DNA of 64,000 nucleotides from an uncultured Verrucomicrobiae bacterium (lineage in GTDB: Bacteria; Verrucomicrobiota; Verrucomicrobiia; Chthoniobacterales; UBA10450), in NCBI GenBank assembly GCA_963735805.1, contig CAVTMK010000002.1, forward strand, positions 1,344,001-1,408,000. Reading direction: 5' to 3'. Below the pieces are notes generated by a model, which searched no databases, was not told the origin of the DNA, and was given only the letters and a program-made list of their open reading frames with translations. This document shows positions 52,136-60,834 of the stretch, piece by piece. The translations under genes were made by a program, and so were the position numbers. The stretch's first letter is position 1. The number at the start of each line of letters is the position of its first letter.

Positions 52136-52594
52136 TTATCTCTGGATTTGCATGTCAACGCCGCCACCGGTGGCGTTCACATCAAGGCCTGTTTGTGTGG
52201 CGGAAAGGCGAACTATTACACCGGCCTGATTTGACATGAGGGTGCTGGCTTTCCCCTTAGCAATAGTCACACCGCGGGTGCCCTCGGCACCGACATTATA
52301 ATGACCGTTGAAATCTTGAAGATGCTTTAGGTTGAAAACCTCGCCATACGCGGAACTGCCTGTCATGCCGACTTTGCCTACCGATAGTCCGTTCACCTTG
52401 ACCGGATAGTCTTTGCCTCTGTAGGTCAGCGTCCCTGACCCCCACCTGAAGCCGATTCCAAGGGCGAAAGAGCCTCCGCTCAGACGCAAAGTTGCATCCG
52501 GCTTGGAATCATGATGATGAGTTGCCGCCTGTGTAAATCCCGTCGTCACGCCGAGGATCGTTAGTAGAACTGCAATTTTCTTTAGATTTTTCAT
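52136..52594 (-). CDS. Secreted protein (DUF1134/EipA-like)
   Basis: 'GIGFRWGSGTLTYRG', 'VFNLKHLQDFNGHY', 'MSNQAGV'. Confidence 0.65.
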   Translation of the reverse strand: MKNLKKIAVLLTILGVTTGFTQAATHHHDSKPDATLRLSGGSFALGIGFRWGSGTLTYRGKDYPVKVNGLSVGKVGMTGSSAYGEVFNLKHLQDFNGHYNVGAEGTRGVTIAKGKASTLMSNQAGVIVRLSATQTGLDVNATGGGVDMQIQR

Positions 52595-52902
52595 AGTGGA
52601 TTTCGTTTGAGTGTTTCGTTTTTTCCTTGCGATCAGAGTTCCCCCCCCGACGGCTTCTATTGGATGAGGGTTATATATCCGAGTCCTCAATGGCTAGTCA
52701 AAACATTTATGCATCAAGACGATGGATTATTAAATGTGGGAAACAATGCGATTTCGCTAGGACCTCGCCCTACAAAAATGAAAGGTTCTCTCGATCATCG
52801 CTGTTTTTGTAGAATTAAGGTTGGGTGATGGGGTTCGAAGAGTAACAATGGCGATTCGACCTGTCGGTGGATCTAACGAACCCGAACGAAGGACAAAAGA
52901 CC

Positions 52903-55341
52903 ATGAACAACAAATATGCTAATCAAAGCCACAGTAAAGCCGCCGCATTTGGCGGAAGTCTTGCGTTTTGTGCCTTTGCTGCGGCATTTGTGTGGCCCGT
53001 CAACGCGCAGGAGGTCCTGCCGTTTCCGCCTAAACGCTCCGGCAGTACTGCGGAGCGGACCATGCAGGAATCCACGTACAGTCCGCTGCCTCCGGTAAGC
53101 CATCTTCCCAAAGATGCCCCGAACATTCTGATTTTTCTCATTGACGACGTCGGCCCCGCCCAGACGGATACTTATGGCGGGGAGATCCACACGCCAACCT
53201 TGTCGCGCATTGCCAAGGAAGGCATCTCCTACAACCGCTTTCACACCACGGCGATGTGTTCGCCGACACGCGCCGCGTTGTTGACCGGACGCAATCACCA
53301 CCGCGTGGCCAGCGGACAGATCGCCGAACTGGCGAATGACTGGGATGGCTACACCGGCACCATGCCGAGGAGCAGCGCTACGGTCGCCGAAGTCCTAAAG
53401 AACTATGGCTACGGGACCGCCGCCTGGGGGAAGTGGCACAACACGCCTGCGTTGGAATCGACCGCGGCCGGCCCGTTTGATCACTGGCCTACAGGTTATG
53501 GTTTCGAGTATTTCTACGGGTTTCTCGGCGGTGAAGCGTCACAATGGGAGCCGCAGCTTGTTCGAAACACGTCCTATGTTCAGCATCCACACACTTCCGG
53601 AGGGCACAATTATTATCATCTGAGCGAGGACCTCGCCGATGACGCGATATCGTGGCTGAAGCAACATAAAGCCCTCGCACCGGACAAACCCTTCTTTATG
53701 TATTGGGCTAGCGGCGCATCGCACGGTCCGTTTCATGTTCCGAAGGAGTGGGCGGACAAATACAAGGGCAAATTCGACGATGGCTGGGATAACTACCATG
53801 AACGCGTTTTCAAACGCGCCAAGGAAATGGGCTGGATTCCGCAGAATGCTAAGCTGACCCCGCGGCCAGCTAGTCTGGCTTCGTGGGACTCGATTCCCGA
53901 AGACGAAAGACCGTTTCAACGACGGTTGATGGAGGTGTACGCCGGATTCACCGAACACGTCGACGCGCAAATCGGACGGATCGTGGATGAGGTTGACAAT
54001 CTCGGTTATGGCAAGAACACGCTGATTTTTTACATCTGGGGTGATAACGGCGCTTCCGCTGAAGGTCAGAACGGCACGATCAGCGAGTTCCTCGCGCAGA
54101 ATGGCATCCCAACTACGATAAGGCAGCACATGCAGGCCCTTGATTCGTTAGGCGGTCTCGACGCGCTCGGTTCGCCCAAGACTGATCCCATGTATCACGC
54201 CGGTTGGGCCTGGGCTGGCGGCGCACCCTATCAATATACCAAGTTGATCGCATCGCATTTCGGCGGAACGCGGAATCCCATGGCCGTTCGCTGGCCGGCC
54301 AAGATCAAGCCCGACGGGGCGCCACGTTCGCAATTCCTGCATGTGAATGATGTCGCCCCCACCATCTACGACTTACTTGGCATTACGCCACCGCGCATGG
54401 TTAATGGCATTTCCCAAGACCCGTTCGATGGCGTCAGTTTTGCCAGTACATTCAACAACGCGAAGGCACCGGAGGTGAAGCACACTCAGTATTTCGAAGT
54501 CATGGGCAGCCGCAGCATTTATCATGACGGCTGGATAGCTTCGGCGGTCGGACCGCGCATTCCCTGGATCCCGGGCCTGCCGCCGGGCATCAAGGAATGG
54601 ACGCCTGACAAGGACAAGTGGGAACTTTACGATCTCAACGATGACTGGTCTCAGGCCGAGGACCTCGCCGGAAAAATGCCGGAGAAGCTGAAAGAGATGC
54701 AGGACATCTTCCTGACGGAGTTTACAAAAAACAAGGGCTTGCCCGTCGGCGGCGGAATGTGGATTCCAATATTGCATCCCGAACTGCGTCTAGCTCCGCC
54801 TTACAACTCGTGGAACTTCCCGGGCGGCATCACGAGAATCCCGGAGTTCGCCGCACCTGCGTTGGGCAACAAGCCTAACCTTGTTACAGTTGAGGCCGAT
54901 GTTCCTGTTAACGCCAGCGGCGTGATTTACGCGCTCGGTGGCTTTTCAGGCGGGCTCAGCTGTTACGTGAAGGACGGCGTGCTGTCTTACGAATACAACC
55001 TGTTCGAGATTCAGCGCACCCACATCAAAGCAAAAGACAAGCTACCGGCAGGTAAAGTAAAAATAGAAGTAGAGACTACCTACGTTCAGCCGAGGCCCGC
55101 CGGTCCGCTCAAAGTGATGATGAAAGTCAACGGCAAGGAGGTCGCCTCCGGCACGGTGCCGGTCAGCGCGCCATTGCTTTTCACCTCAAACGACTGCCTG
55201 GACTTTGGCGTGGACCTCGGCTCGCCTGTCAGCGTTGAGTATTACGATGACGCGCCCTTCAAGTTCAACGGCACGATTGACCAGGCAAGCGTGGAATACC
55301 TCGGCGCGCCGCCCAGTAACACTGGCGGAAAGAGCAAATGA
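52903..55341 (+). CDS. Arylsulfatase (Cys-type, formylglycine-dependent)
   Basis: 'PNILIFLIDDVG', 'CSPTRAALLTGR', 'GKWH', 'GDNG'. Confidence 0.95.
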   Translation: MNNKYANQSHSKAAAFGGSLAFCAFAAAFVWPVNAQEVLPFPPKRSGSTAERTMQESTYSPLPPVSHLPKDAPNILIFLIDDVGPAQTDTYGGEIHTPTLSRIAKEGISYNRFHTTAMCSPTRAALLTGRNHHRVASGQIAELANDWDGYTGTMPRSSATVAEVLKNYGYGTAAWGKWHNTPALESTAAGPFDHWPTGYGFEYFYGFLGGEASQWEPQLVRNTSYVQHPHTSGGHNYYHLSEDLADDAISWLKQHKALAPDKPFFMYWASGASHGPFHVPKEWADKYKGKFDDGWDNYHERVFKRAKEMGWIPQNAKLTPRPASLASWDSIPEDERPFQRRLMEVYAGFTEHVDAQIGRIVDEVDNLGYGKNTLIFYIWGDNGASAEGQNGTISEFLAQNGIPTTIRQHMQALDSLGGLDALGSPKTDPMYHAGWAWAGGAPYQYTKLIASHFGGTRNPMAVRWPAKIKPDGAPRSQFLHVNDVAPTIYDLLGITPPRMVNGISQDPFDGVSFASTFNNAKAPEVKHTQYFEVMGSRSIYHDGWIASAVGPRIPWIPGLPPGIKEWTPDKDKWELYDLNDDWSQAEDLAGKMPEKLKEMQDIFLTEFTKNKGLPVGGGMWIPILHPELRLAPPYNSWNFPGGITRIPEFAAPALGNKPNLVTVEADVPVNASGVIYALGGFSGGLSCYVKDGVLSYEYNLFEIQRTHIKAKDKLPAGKVKIEVETTYVQPRPAGPLKVMMKVNGKEVASGTVPVSAPLLFTSNDCLDFGVDLGSPVSVEYYDDAPFKFNGTIDQASVEYLGAPPSNTGGKSK

Positions 55342-55727
55342 ATGGAAAAATCGGAAGAACGACAAACGTCGAGCTATTTCTTGTTGTTTGCTATCCAAAC
55401 GACTGGAGCGGCCATCGTCCGCCGCTACGGTAGTTCGTAACGCACTAGTTGGTCACATTGTTCTATTTGTTGCCCGCATGTCGTTTGTACTTGCTACATC
55501 TGTTTTTGGTTTTTGTCTTCATCGTGCGAAGACCCCGAACTCCAATTACCCCCGTCCCGCTATTTCGTTCTCATTATTGGCTTGTTCGCCTTCTTCTGTT
55601 ACACGCAGAAACTTGAGCGACTGGGAAAGCGTTGATCCGCCGCGGGCCCCAGCAAGAAGACAGGTGAGTCAGGTGTTAACTGAAGTCAGCATCAAATTTC
55701 GCGCTAGTTAGAAGGCAACCGCTGCTA

Positions 55728-55743
55728 TAGCCCTAAAGTCTCA
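55728..55743 (+). promoter_or_regulatory. Operator box 10 (TAGCCC-TAAA-GTCTCA) upstream of the kinase-containing operon
   Basis: Followed by TAGACA, 17 bp, CAAAAT. Confidence 0.65.
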
Positions 55744-55864
55744 TAGACAGAGCCCCAGGAGGTCGACAAAATTGCTCCAGGTGCTTATCGACGACTTCTG
55801 TCAGTTTTAAGCGGTCCATGCGTTTTGTCGCAATTATGAAAAGATCCAGCCATCTTAAAAAAGA

Positions 55865-57145
55865 ATGAGAGCCGGAGTCTTGATCAATTCCCTCGCTTTT
55901 GCTCTGCTGGCTGCCTCGCTCGCGATCGGTTCCGAACCAACGCCTACGGTGTCGGTAACGCCACTTGCCTACGAAGAATTACCTGAGTTAAGAGCAAGCG
56001 ATATTCTCAAGTCCGAGTTCCTGAATGGGGCACACTATAAGGTCCGTGAGGAAGCACCAACCTTTTCAGGCGCCAACCAGTTTACCATTGATTCTGACTT
56101 CGGCGTGTTTGAAGCGGACGGAAACGAAATGCTCGTCACGCGAATTAACGAGATCACTGCCATCGCGCGACTCAAAGAAGTATCGCGCACGGATGAGTTC
56201 AAAGAGGCGCTAAATAAAGCCGCCAGAAGTCCCGTAGCAGCAGCAAAAGCAATAGCTAACGATCCGGTTCACACAATTGCGAATGTGCCCAAGGGACTCA
56301 TGAAGTTCATGGGTCGGATCGGTGAAAATGTTAAAGGCATCGGCGAAAAGCACCAGGCGAACGGCCCCGAAGGCACCCAGTTGCAACAAGTCATCGGTTT
56401 TTCTGATGCAAAGCGAAAAGTCGCCATAAGTCTCGGTGTCGATCCGTACAGCACTAACACGGTGTTGCAGCACGAACTAGATCAAATCGCCTGGGCTTCT
56501 TTCGCAGGTGGTGCGGCTTTCACGCTTGCAACACTGCCGGTTAGCGGCGCGGCCGGAACGGCGCTGACCGTGACGGAAGTATCAGGCGATTTCAATGACA
56601 TTCTGAAGGAAAAATCGCCCACTGACCTTAGAATGATGAATCGGAGAGCGCTTCTCGACATGGGCGCGACTGAAAATGAAACCGACAGATTCTTAAACAA
56701 CAACGCGTTTTCTCCATCGGCGCAGACTGCCTTTGTGCTGAATTTAAGGTCGCTGAAAGGTGTAACCAACCGCCGCTCTTTCATTCGGCTGGCAGGTGAA
56801 ACAAGCTCGTCTGAGACAGACGCAATCTTTTGCGTTCAGACCGCCGCGCTGATGAGCAAGCTTAACAAGGAAGTGCCGCTTTCCCGCGTTGAGCTGCTAG
56901 GAGAGTTTCCGATCTGCGTCGCCAAAGACGGAACAACCGTCGTTGCTTTGCAATGGGATTATGCAGCCTGGACCCCGGGAGCAGCGCACGTCAGCGACGA
57001 AGTCGAAAAGTTTGCAACCAAACCTCCGAGGAACAAGCGTGTGCTGGTCGCTCTCTCTGGCCAGGTCTCGCCGCGGCTACGTCAGGAATTGGAAGCACGG
57101 GGCCAGTTGGTAAAGGACCGAGTCGCACCCGGCCCGCTAAAATAA
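55865..57145 (+). CDS. Conserved secreted hypothetical protein
   Basis: Signal peptide; 'AKRKVAISLGVDPYSTN'; 426 aa. Confidence 0.8.
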   Translation: MRAGVLINSLAFALLAASLAIGSEPTPTVSVTPLAYEELPELRASDILKSEFLNGAHYKVREEAPTFSGANQFTIDSDFGVFEADGNEMLVTRINEITAIARLKEVSRTDEFKEALNKAARSPVAAAKAIANDPVHTIANVPKGLMKFMGRIGENVKGIGEKHQANGPEGTQLQQVIGFSDAKRKVAISLGVDPYSTNTVLQHELDQIAWASFAGGAAFTLATLPVSGAAGTALTVTEVSGDFNDILKEKSPTDLRMMNRRALLDMGATENETDRFLNNNAFSPSAQTAFVLNLRSLKGVTNRRSFIRLAGETSSSETDAIFCVQTAALMSKLNKEVPLSRVELLGEFPICVAKDGTTVVALQWDYAAWTPGAAHVSDEVEKFATKPPRNKRVLVALSGQVSPRLRQELEARGQLVKDRVAPGPLK

Positions 57146-57148
57146 GGA

Positions 57149-57568
57149 ATGAAACTCCCTCCCGATGTTCAGTTTCATGAAAACGTTCGTCTCCTGGTGT
57201 GGAAACCGTATGGAGTGCTGAACGAGACGGTACTCAAACACATTACGGAGTTAATTGGAGACTTGGAGGCAGACTCAGACAAACCGTTTAATCGATTTAC
57301 TGATACCCTGGCTCTCGAAGCGATTGATCTAAACTTCAGATATGCTTTTGACTTCTCTCTTTTCCGGCGCCTCTCTTACGCCGGACGTTCACCGGTAAAA
57401 TCTGCAATTCTCGTTCCGAGCATCGCCCTCGCTCATTACAGCAAGATGCACGAGGTTCTAACGCGGCATTCATCAATCGAAGTTCGTATTTTCGAAGAAC
57501 GTGAAGCAGCCGCAAAATGGCTTGGCGTGCCAGTTGAATTACTGATCATTAGTCCTATCGGTAGCTAA
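57149..57568 (+). CDS. Hypothetical STAS/SEC14-like protein; paralog of 7732..8208
   Basis: Shared motifs with 7732..8208; ends 2 bp before the kinase start. Confidence 0.75.
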   Translation: MKLPPDVQFHENVRLLVWKPYGVLNETVLKHITELIGDLEADSDKPFNRFTDTLALEAIDLNFRYAFDFSLFRRLSYAGRSPVKSAILVPSIALAHYSKMHEVLTRHSSIEVRIFEEREAAAKWLGVPVELLIISPIGS

Positions 57569-57570
57569 TA

Positions 57571-60147
57571 ATGAATCCGGTTTCGACAAAAGAGGACCAC
57601 CAGCAAAGCGAAGAGCAGCTGAGTTTGCTCCAGACGATCTCGATGGAGGTTGCGGCAGCCAGCGATCTGGCGTCCGCGTTGGAAGTAGTGCTTCGTGAAG
57701 TTTGCGAGAAGACGGGCTGGGTGATTGGCCAAGCCTGGGTGCCAAACTCAGATGCGACTGCTCTTGATCTGGTCACGGGATGGTATTGCGGCGATGGCGA
57801 ACTGAAACCTTTTAAAGCTGCCTCCGAAGCTTCTTACTTTAAACCGGGCGTCGGACTTCCCGGACGCGTGTGGGAGTCAAAACAGCCCGCCTGGGTTGAG
57901 GACGTCATCAACGATTCTAACTTTCCGCGATTGGCTGCGGCGCGATCGGCTCATCTGAAAACGGGCGTGGCAATTCCCATTTTATCGCGCTGCAAAGTCA
58001 TCGCTGTTCTCGAGTTTTTCATGCGGGAATCGCGGAGCGAGAATGAACAGTTAGTTAACGTAATTGTGGCCGTGGCCGCGCAGTTGGGCCTGATGATGGA
58101 GCGAAAAAGGGCTGCGGAACAACTCTCAGATACGAACGAAATTCTCCAGTCCATTTTGTCGAATATGGGCGACGCAGTTATCGTTGCCGATAAGGGCGGC
58201 CACTTCCTCGTCTTTAATCCCGCAGCCGAACGCATGTTCGGGAAAGGCGCAATGCAAATGCCATTTACCGAATGGTCGCGCCGTTACGGAATTTACCTTT
58301 CTGACAAGATCACGCCGTTTCCGCACGACCAATTGCCTCTGACGCGCTCGATCCGAGGCGAGGACGTAGACAATGTCGAGATGTTCCTTCGACATGAAAA
58401 GGCGCCACATGGGCTCTGGACGGAGATCACCGGTCGCCCCCTGCGTAGCGCTAACGGCGATGTGTTAGGTGGTGTGATCGTTTGCCGCGATATCACTGAA
58501 CTCAAAGAGGAAGAATTTTTCCGCGCGGGGCAAAGCCGTGTGCTCGAAATGATCGCCGCTGATGCGCCGCTGGCGGATGTTCTGACCAGCCTTGTTCTGC
58601 TCATGGAAGGCCAGGCTGAGGGACTGCGTTGCTCCATTCTTCTCTTGAACCGCGATGGAAAACGTGTGCGTCACGGCGCAGCCCCGAATCTGCCCGATGC
58701 TTATGTAAAAGCGGTGAACGGCGCACTGATCGGACCGCGCAACGGTTCGTGCGGCACCGCGATGTACCGGCGGCGACCAGTGGTTGTGACTGATGTAATG
58801 ACCGATCCGCTCTGGACTGATTACCGCGAGTTAGCAAAGATTTGTGGCCTCCGCGCCTGTTGGTCGACCCCGATTCTCTCTGGGCAAGGTGACGTGTTGG
58901 GTTCGTTTGCGATGTACCGCGAAGAAAACCGCGGACCGCTGCCACAAGAGACCAGGCTGACCCAAATCGCCACGCATATTGCCGGGATCGCTATCGAACG
59001 CCAACGACAGCAGGAGATTTTGCGCGAGCGCGAGGCCCGCATCAATCTCGCCGCTGAGTCGGCCGATCTCGCTTTTTGGATCCTGTATCCGGAACAAAAC
59101 ACCGCCTGGATGAGTGAAAAGGGCCGGTTGATCTACGGCTTCGATTCGAACCTGCCGCTAAGCTGTGATCTACTTCTTTCCCGTGTTCATCCCGACGAGC
59201 GAGCGGATGTCAAAGCGGCTTATGATCGTGCGTGTGCTCTTTCCGGGACGTTCGAAAGCGAGCATCGTCTTCGTTTGCCGTATGGAAAAACGCGGTGGGT
59301 AATTATGCGGGGGCGCTGCTTGAAGGATGAGGAAGGAAACCTTTTGGAAGTCATTGGCGTGACTCTGGATGTTAGCGCACAAAAACAAGCCGACCTTCAA
59401 TTGCAACATCAACGCGACGAGATGGCTCATCGAAACCGCGTTTCGCTGATGGGCGAGATGACTGCCTCCTTTGCACATGAACTCAATCAACCGCTCACGG
59501 CCATCGCGAACAACGCCTCTGCTGCGCGTCGTTTTCTCGAGAGGGGAAACATCGATCCGACGCTGTTGCAGCAGTTGTTGCACGACATGGTAGCCGATAG
59601 TCAACGTGCCGGTGAAGTGATCCGCGGAATTCGGAGTCTGGTGCGCAAGGAAACGGGCGTTCGCACGTTGTTAGATCTCAACGCAGTTATTACAGACACG
59701 GTCCGACTTGTTAGCTCGGACGTATTGAGTCGGGAAAGCGTAGTTATCACCGAGCTCGACCCGCAGCTTCCGCAAGTCAATGCTACGCTCGTTCAAATCC
59801 AGCAGGTTCTGCTCAACCTGATCATGAACGCGCTCGATGCGATGGAAGGACTGCCGCCGGCCGAACGCCGCATCATTATTAGTACGCGCTCGGACAAGGG
59901 CGACGTCGCCGAAGTGAGCGTGCGTGACTTTGGAACCGGGTTACCAAAAGAGAAGCCGGACAAAGTCTTTGATCACTTCTTTTCGACGAAACAAAAAGGA
60001 ATGGGAATGGGACTGGCCATTGTCCGATCGATTATCGAATCGCACGGCGGGACGATCGTAGGGGAAAACGCGCCCGACTGCGGCGCTACCATGATTGTTC
60101 GCTTGCCGGCGGTGCGCGGGCAAACGCAAACGGTAGCTGCGGCATGA
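57571..60147 (+). CDS. Cytoplasmic GAF-PAS-GAF-PAS histidine kinase
   Basis: GAF 'GVGLPGRVW', GAF 'GSCGTA...ACWSTPI', PAS 'VHPDE', H-box 'FAHELNQPL', 'FFSTKQKGMGMGL'. Confidence 0.95.
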   Translation: MNPVSTKEDHQQSEEQLSLLQTISMEVAAASDLASALEVVLREVCEKTGWVIGQAWVPNSDATALDLVTGWYCGDGELKPFKAASEASYFKPGVGLPGRVWESKQPAWVEDVINDSNFPRLAAARSAHLKTGVAIPILSRCKVIAVLEFFMRESRSENEQLVNVIVAVAAQLGLMMERKRAAEQLSDTNEILQSILSNMGDAVIVADKGGHFLVFNPAAERMFGKGAMQMPFTEWSRRYGIYLSDKITPFPHDQLPLTRSIRGEDVDNVEMFLRHEKAPHGLWTEITGRPLRSANGDVLGGVIVCRDITELKEEEFFRAGQSRVLEMIAADAPLADVLTSLVLLMEGQAEGLRCSILLLNRDGKRVRHGAAPNLPDAYVKAVNGALIGPRNGSCGTAMYRRRPVVVTDVMTDPLWTDYRELAKICGLRACWSTPILSGQGDVLGSFAMYREENRGPLPQETRLTQIATHIAGIAIERQRQQEILREREARINLAAESADLAFWILYPEQNTAWMSEKGRLIYGFDSNLPLSCDLLLSRVHPDERADVKAAYDRACALSGTFESEHRLRLPYGKTRWVIMRGRCLKDEEGNLLEVIGVTLDVSAQKQADLQLQHQRDEMAHRNRVSLMGEMTASFAHELNQPLTAIANNASAARRFLERGNIDPTLLQQLLHDMVADSQRAGEVIRGIRSLVRKETGVRTLLDLNAVITDTVRLVSSDVLSRESVVITELDPQLPQVNATLVQIQQVLLNLIMNALDAMEGLPPAERRIIISTRSDKGDVAEVSVRDFGTGLPKEKPDKVFDHFFSTKQKGMGMGLAIVRSIIESHGGTIVGENAPDCGATMIVRLPAVRGQTQTVAAA

Positions 60148-60551
60148 GCAATCCGAACCAAGCAGAAGAGAACGAGGTTTGTCTGTTGGATGACGATCCT
60201 TCCGTTCTCAAGTCGATGCATTACTTGCTCGCATCCGAAGGCCTGAAAGTTCGCACGTTTAGTAAGGCAGAGGATTTTCTAGCTCACGCCACCTCACAAT
60301 ACGTTCCCGTCGTCGTCACTGACATCTGGATGGACGGGGTGACCGGTTTGGAAGTTCTGGCCCGGCTTTGCGCCATTTCGCCTAAGACGCGTGTAATCGT
60401 TATAACCGCGCGTGAAGACCTGGCTGCGCGTGCTACCGCCATGGCCATCGGTCCGGTTGCATTTTTTATGAAACCGTTCGACGACGAAAAATTCATAACT
60501 GCAGTCCGCGATGCTCTCGATCGCAGTGAGAAGCGAGAAAAGGCCCGCTAG
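60144..60551 (+). CDS. Single-domain response regulator
   Basis: 'LLDDD', 'TDIWM', 'ITA', 'KPF'. Confidence 0.9.
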   Translation: MSNPNQAEENEVCLLDDDPSVLKSMHYLLASEGLKVRTFSKAEDFLAHATSQYVPVVVTDIWMDGVTGLEVLARLCAISPKTRVIVITAREDLAARATAMAIGPVAFFMKPFDDEKFITAVRDALDRSEKREKAR

Positions 60552-60834
60552 CACCGCAGTTCCGATACGACACCTCAAGACCATCCACCCGGATGGAAAA
60601 TTCAATCACTGCTGCGGCGGAACCGATTGTTACGGTTCTGTGACGAGATCCCCTAATGGAATATAGGGCTTTTCTCGGTGGCACGCGCAGCGTAAAATGC
60701 AGTGTGCCGTGGGAAAATATCGCTACGCCGGGATATGCACCTTGCCGATGCTGGCATACGGCAACCACGATAGTCACATTGGGAACGTCATTTGCGCCGC
60801 ACCGATCCAAAGGCGGTTCTTTAAACCATAGAGT

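Noticed and set aside
52758..52772. TAGGAC-CTC-GCCCTA as an eleventh operator
   Set aside because: 3-bp spacer and no -35-like hexamer abutting; TTTAAT does lie 23 bp away on the minus strand, so left as doubtful.
55205..55711. 168-aa ORF after the sulfatase
   Set aside because: Overlaps the sulfatase end, atypical composition, no motif.
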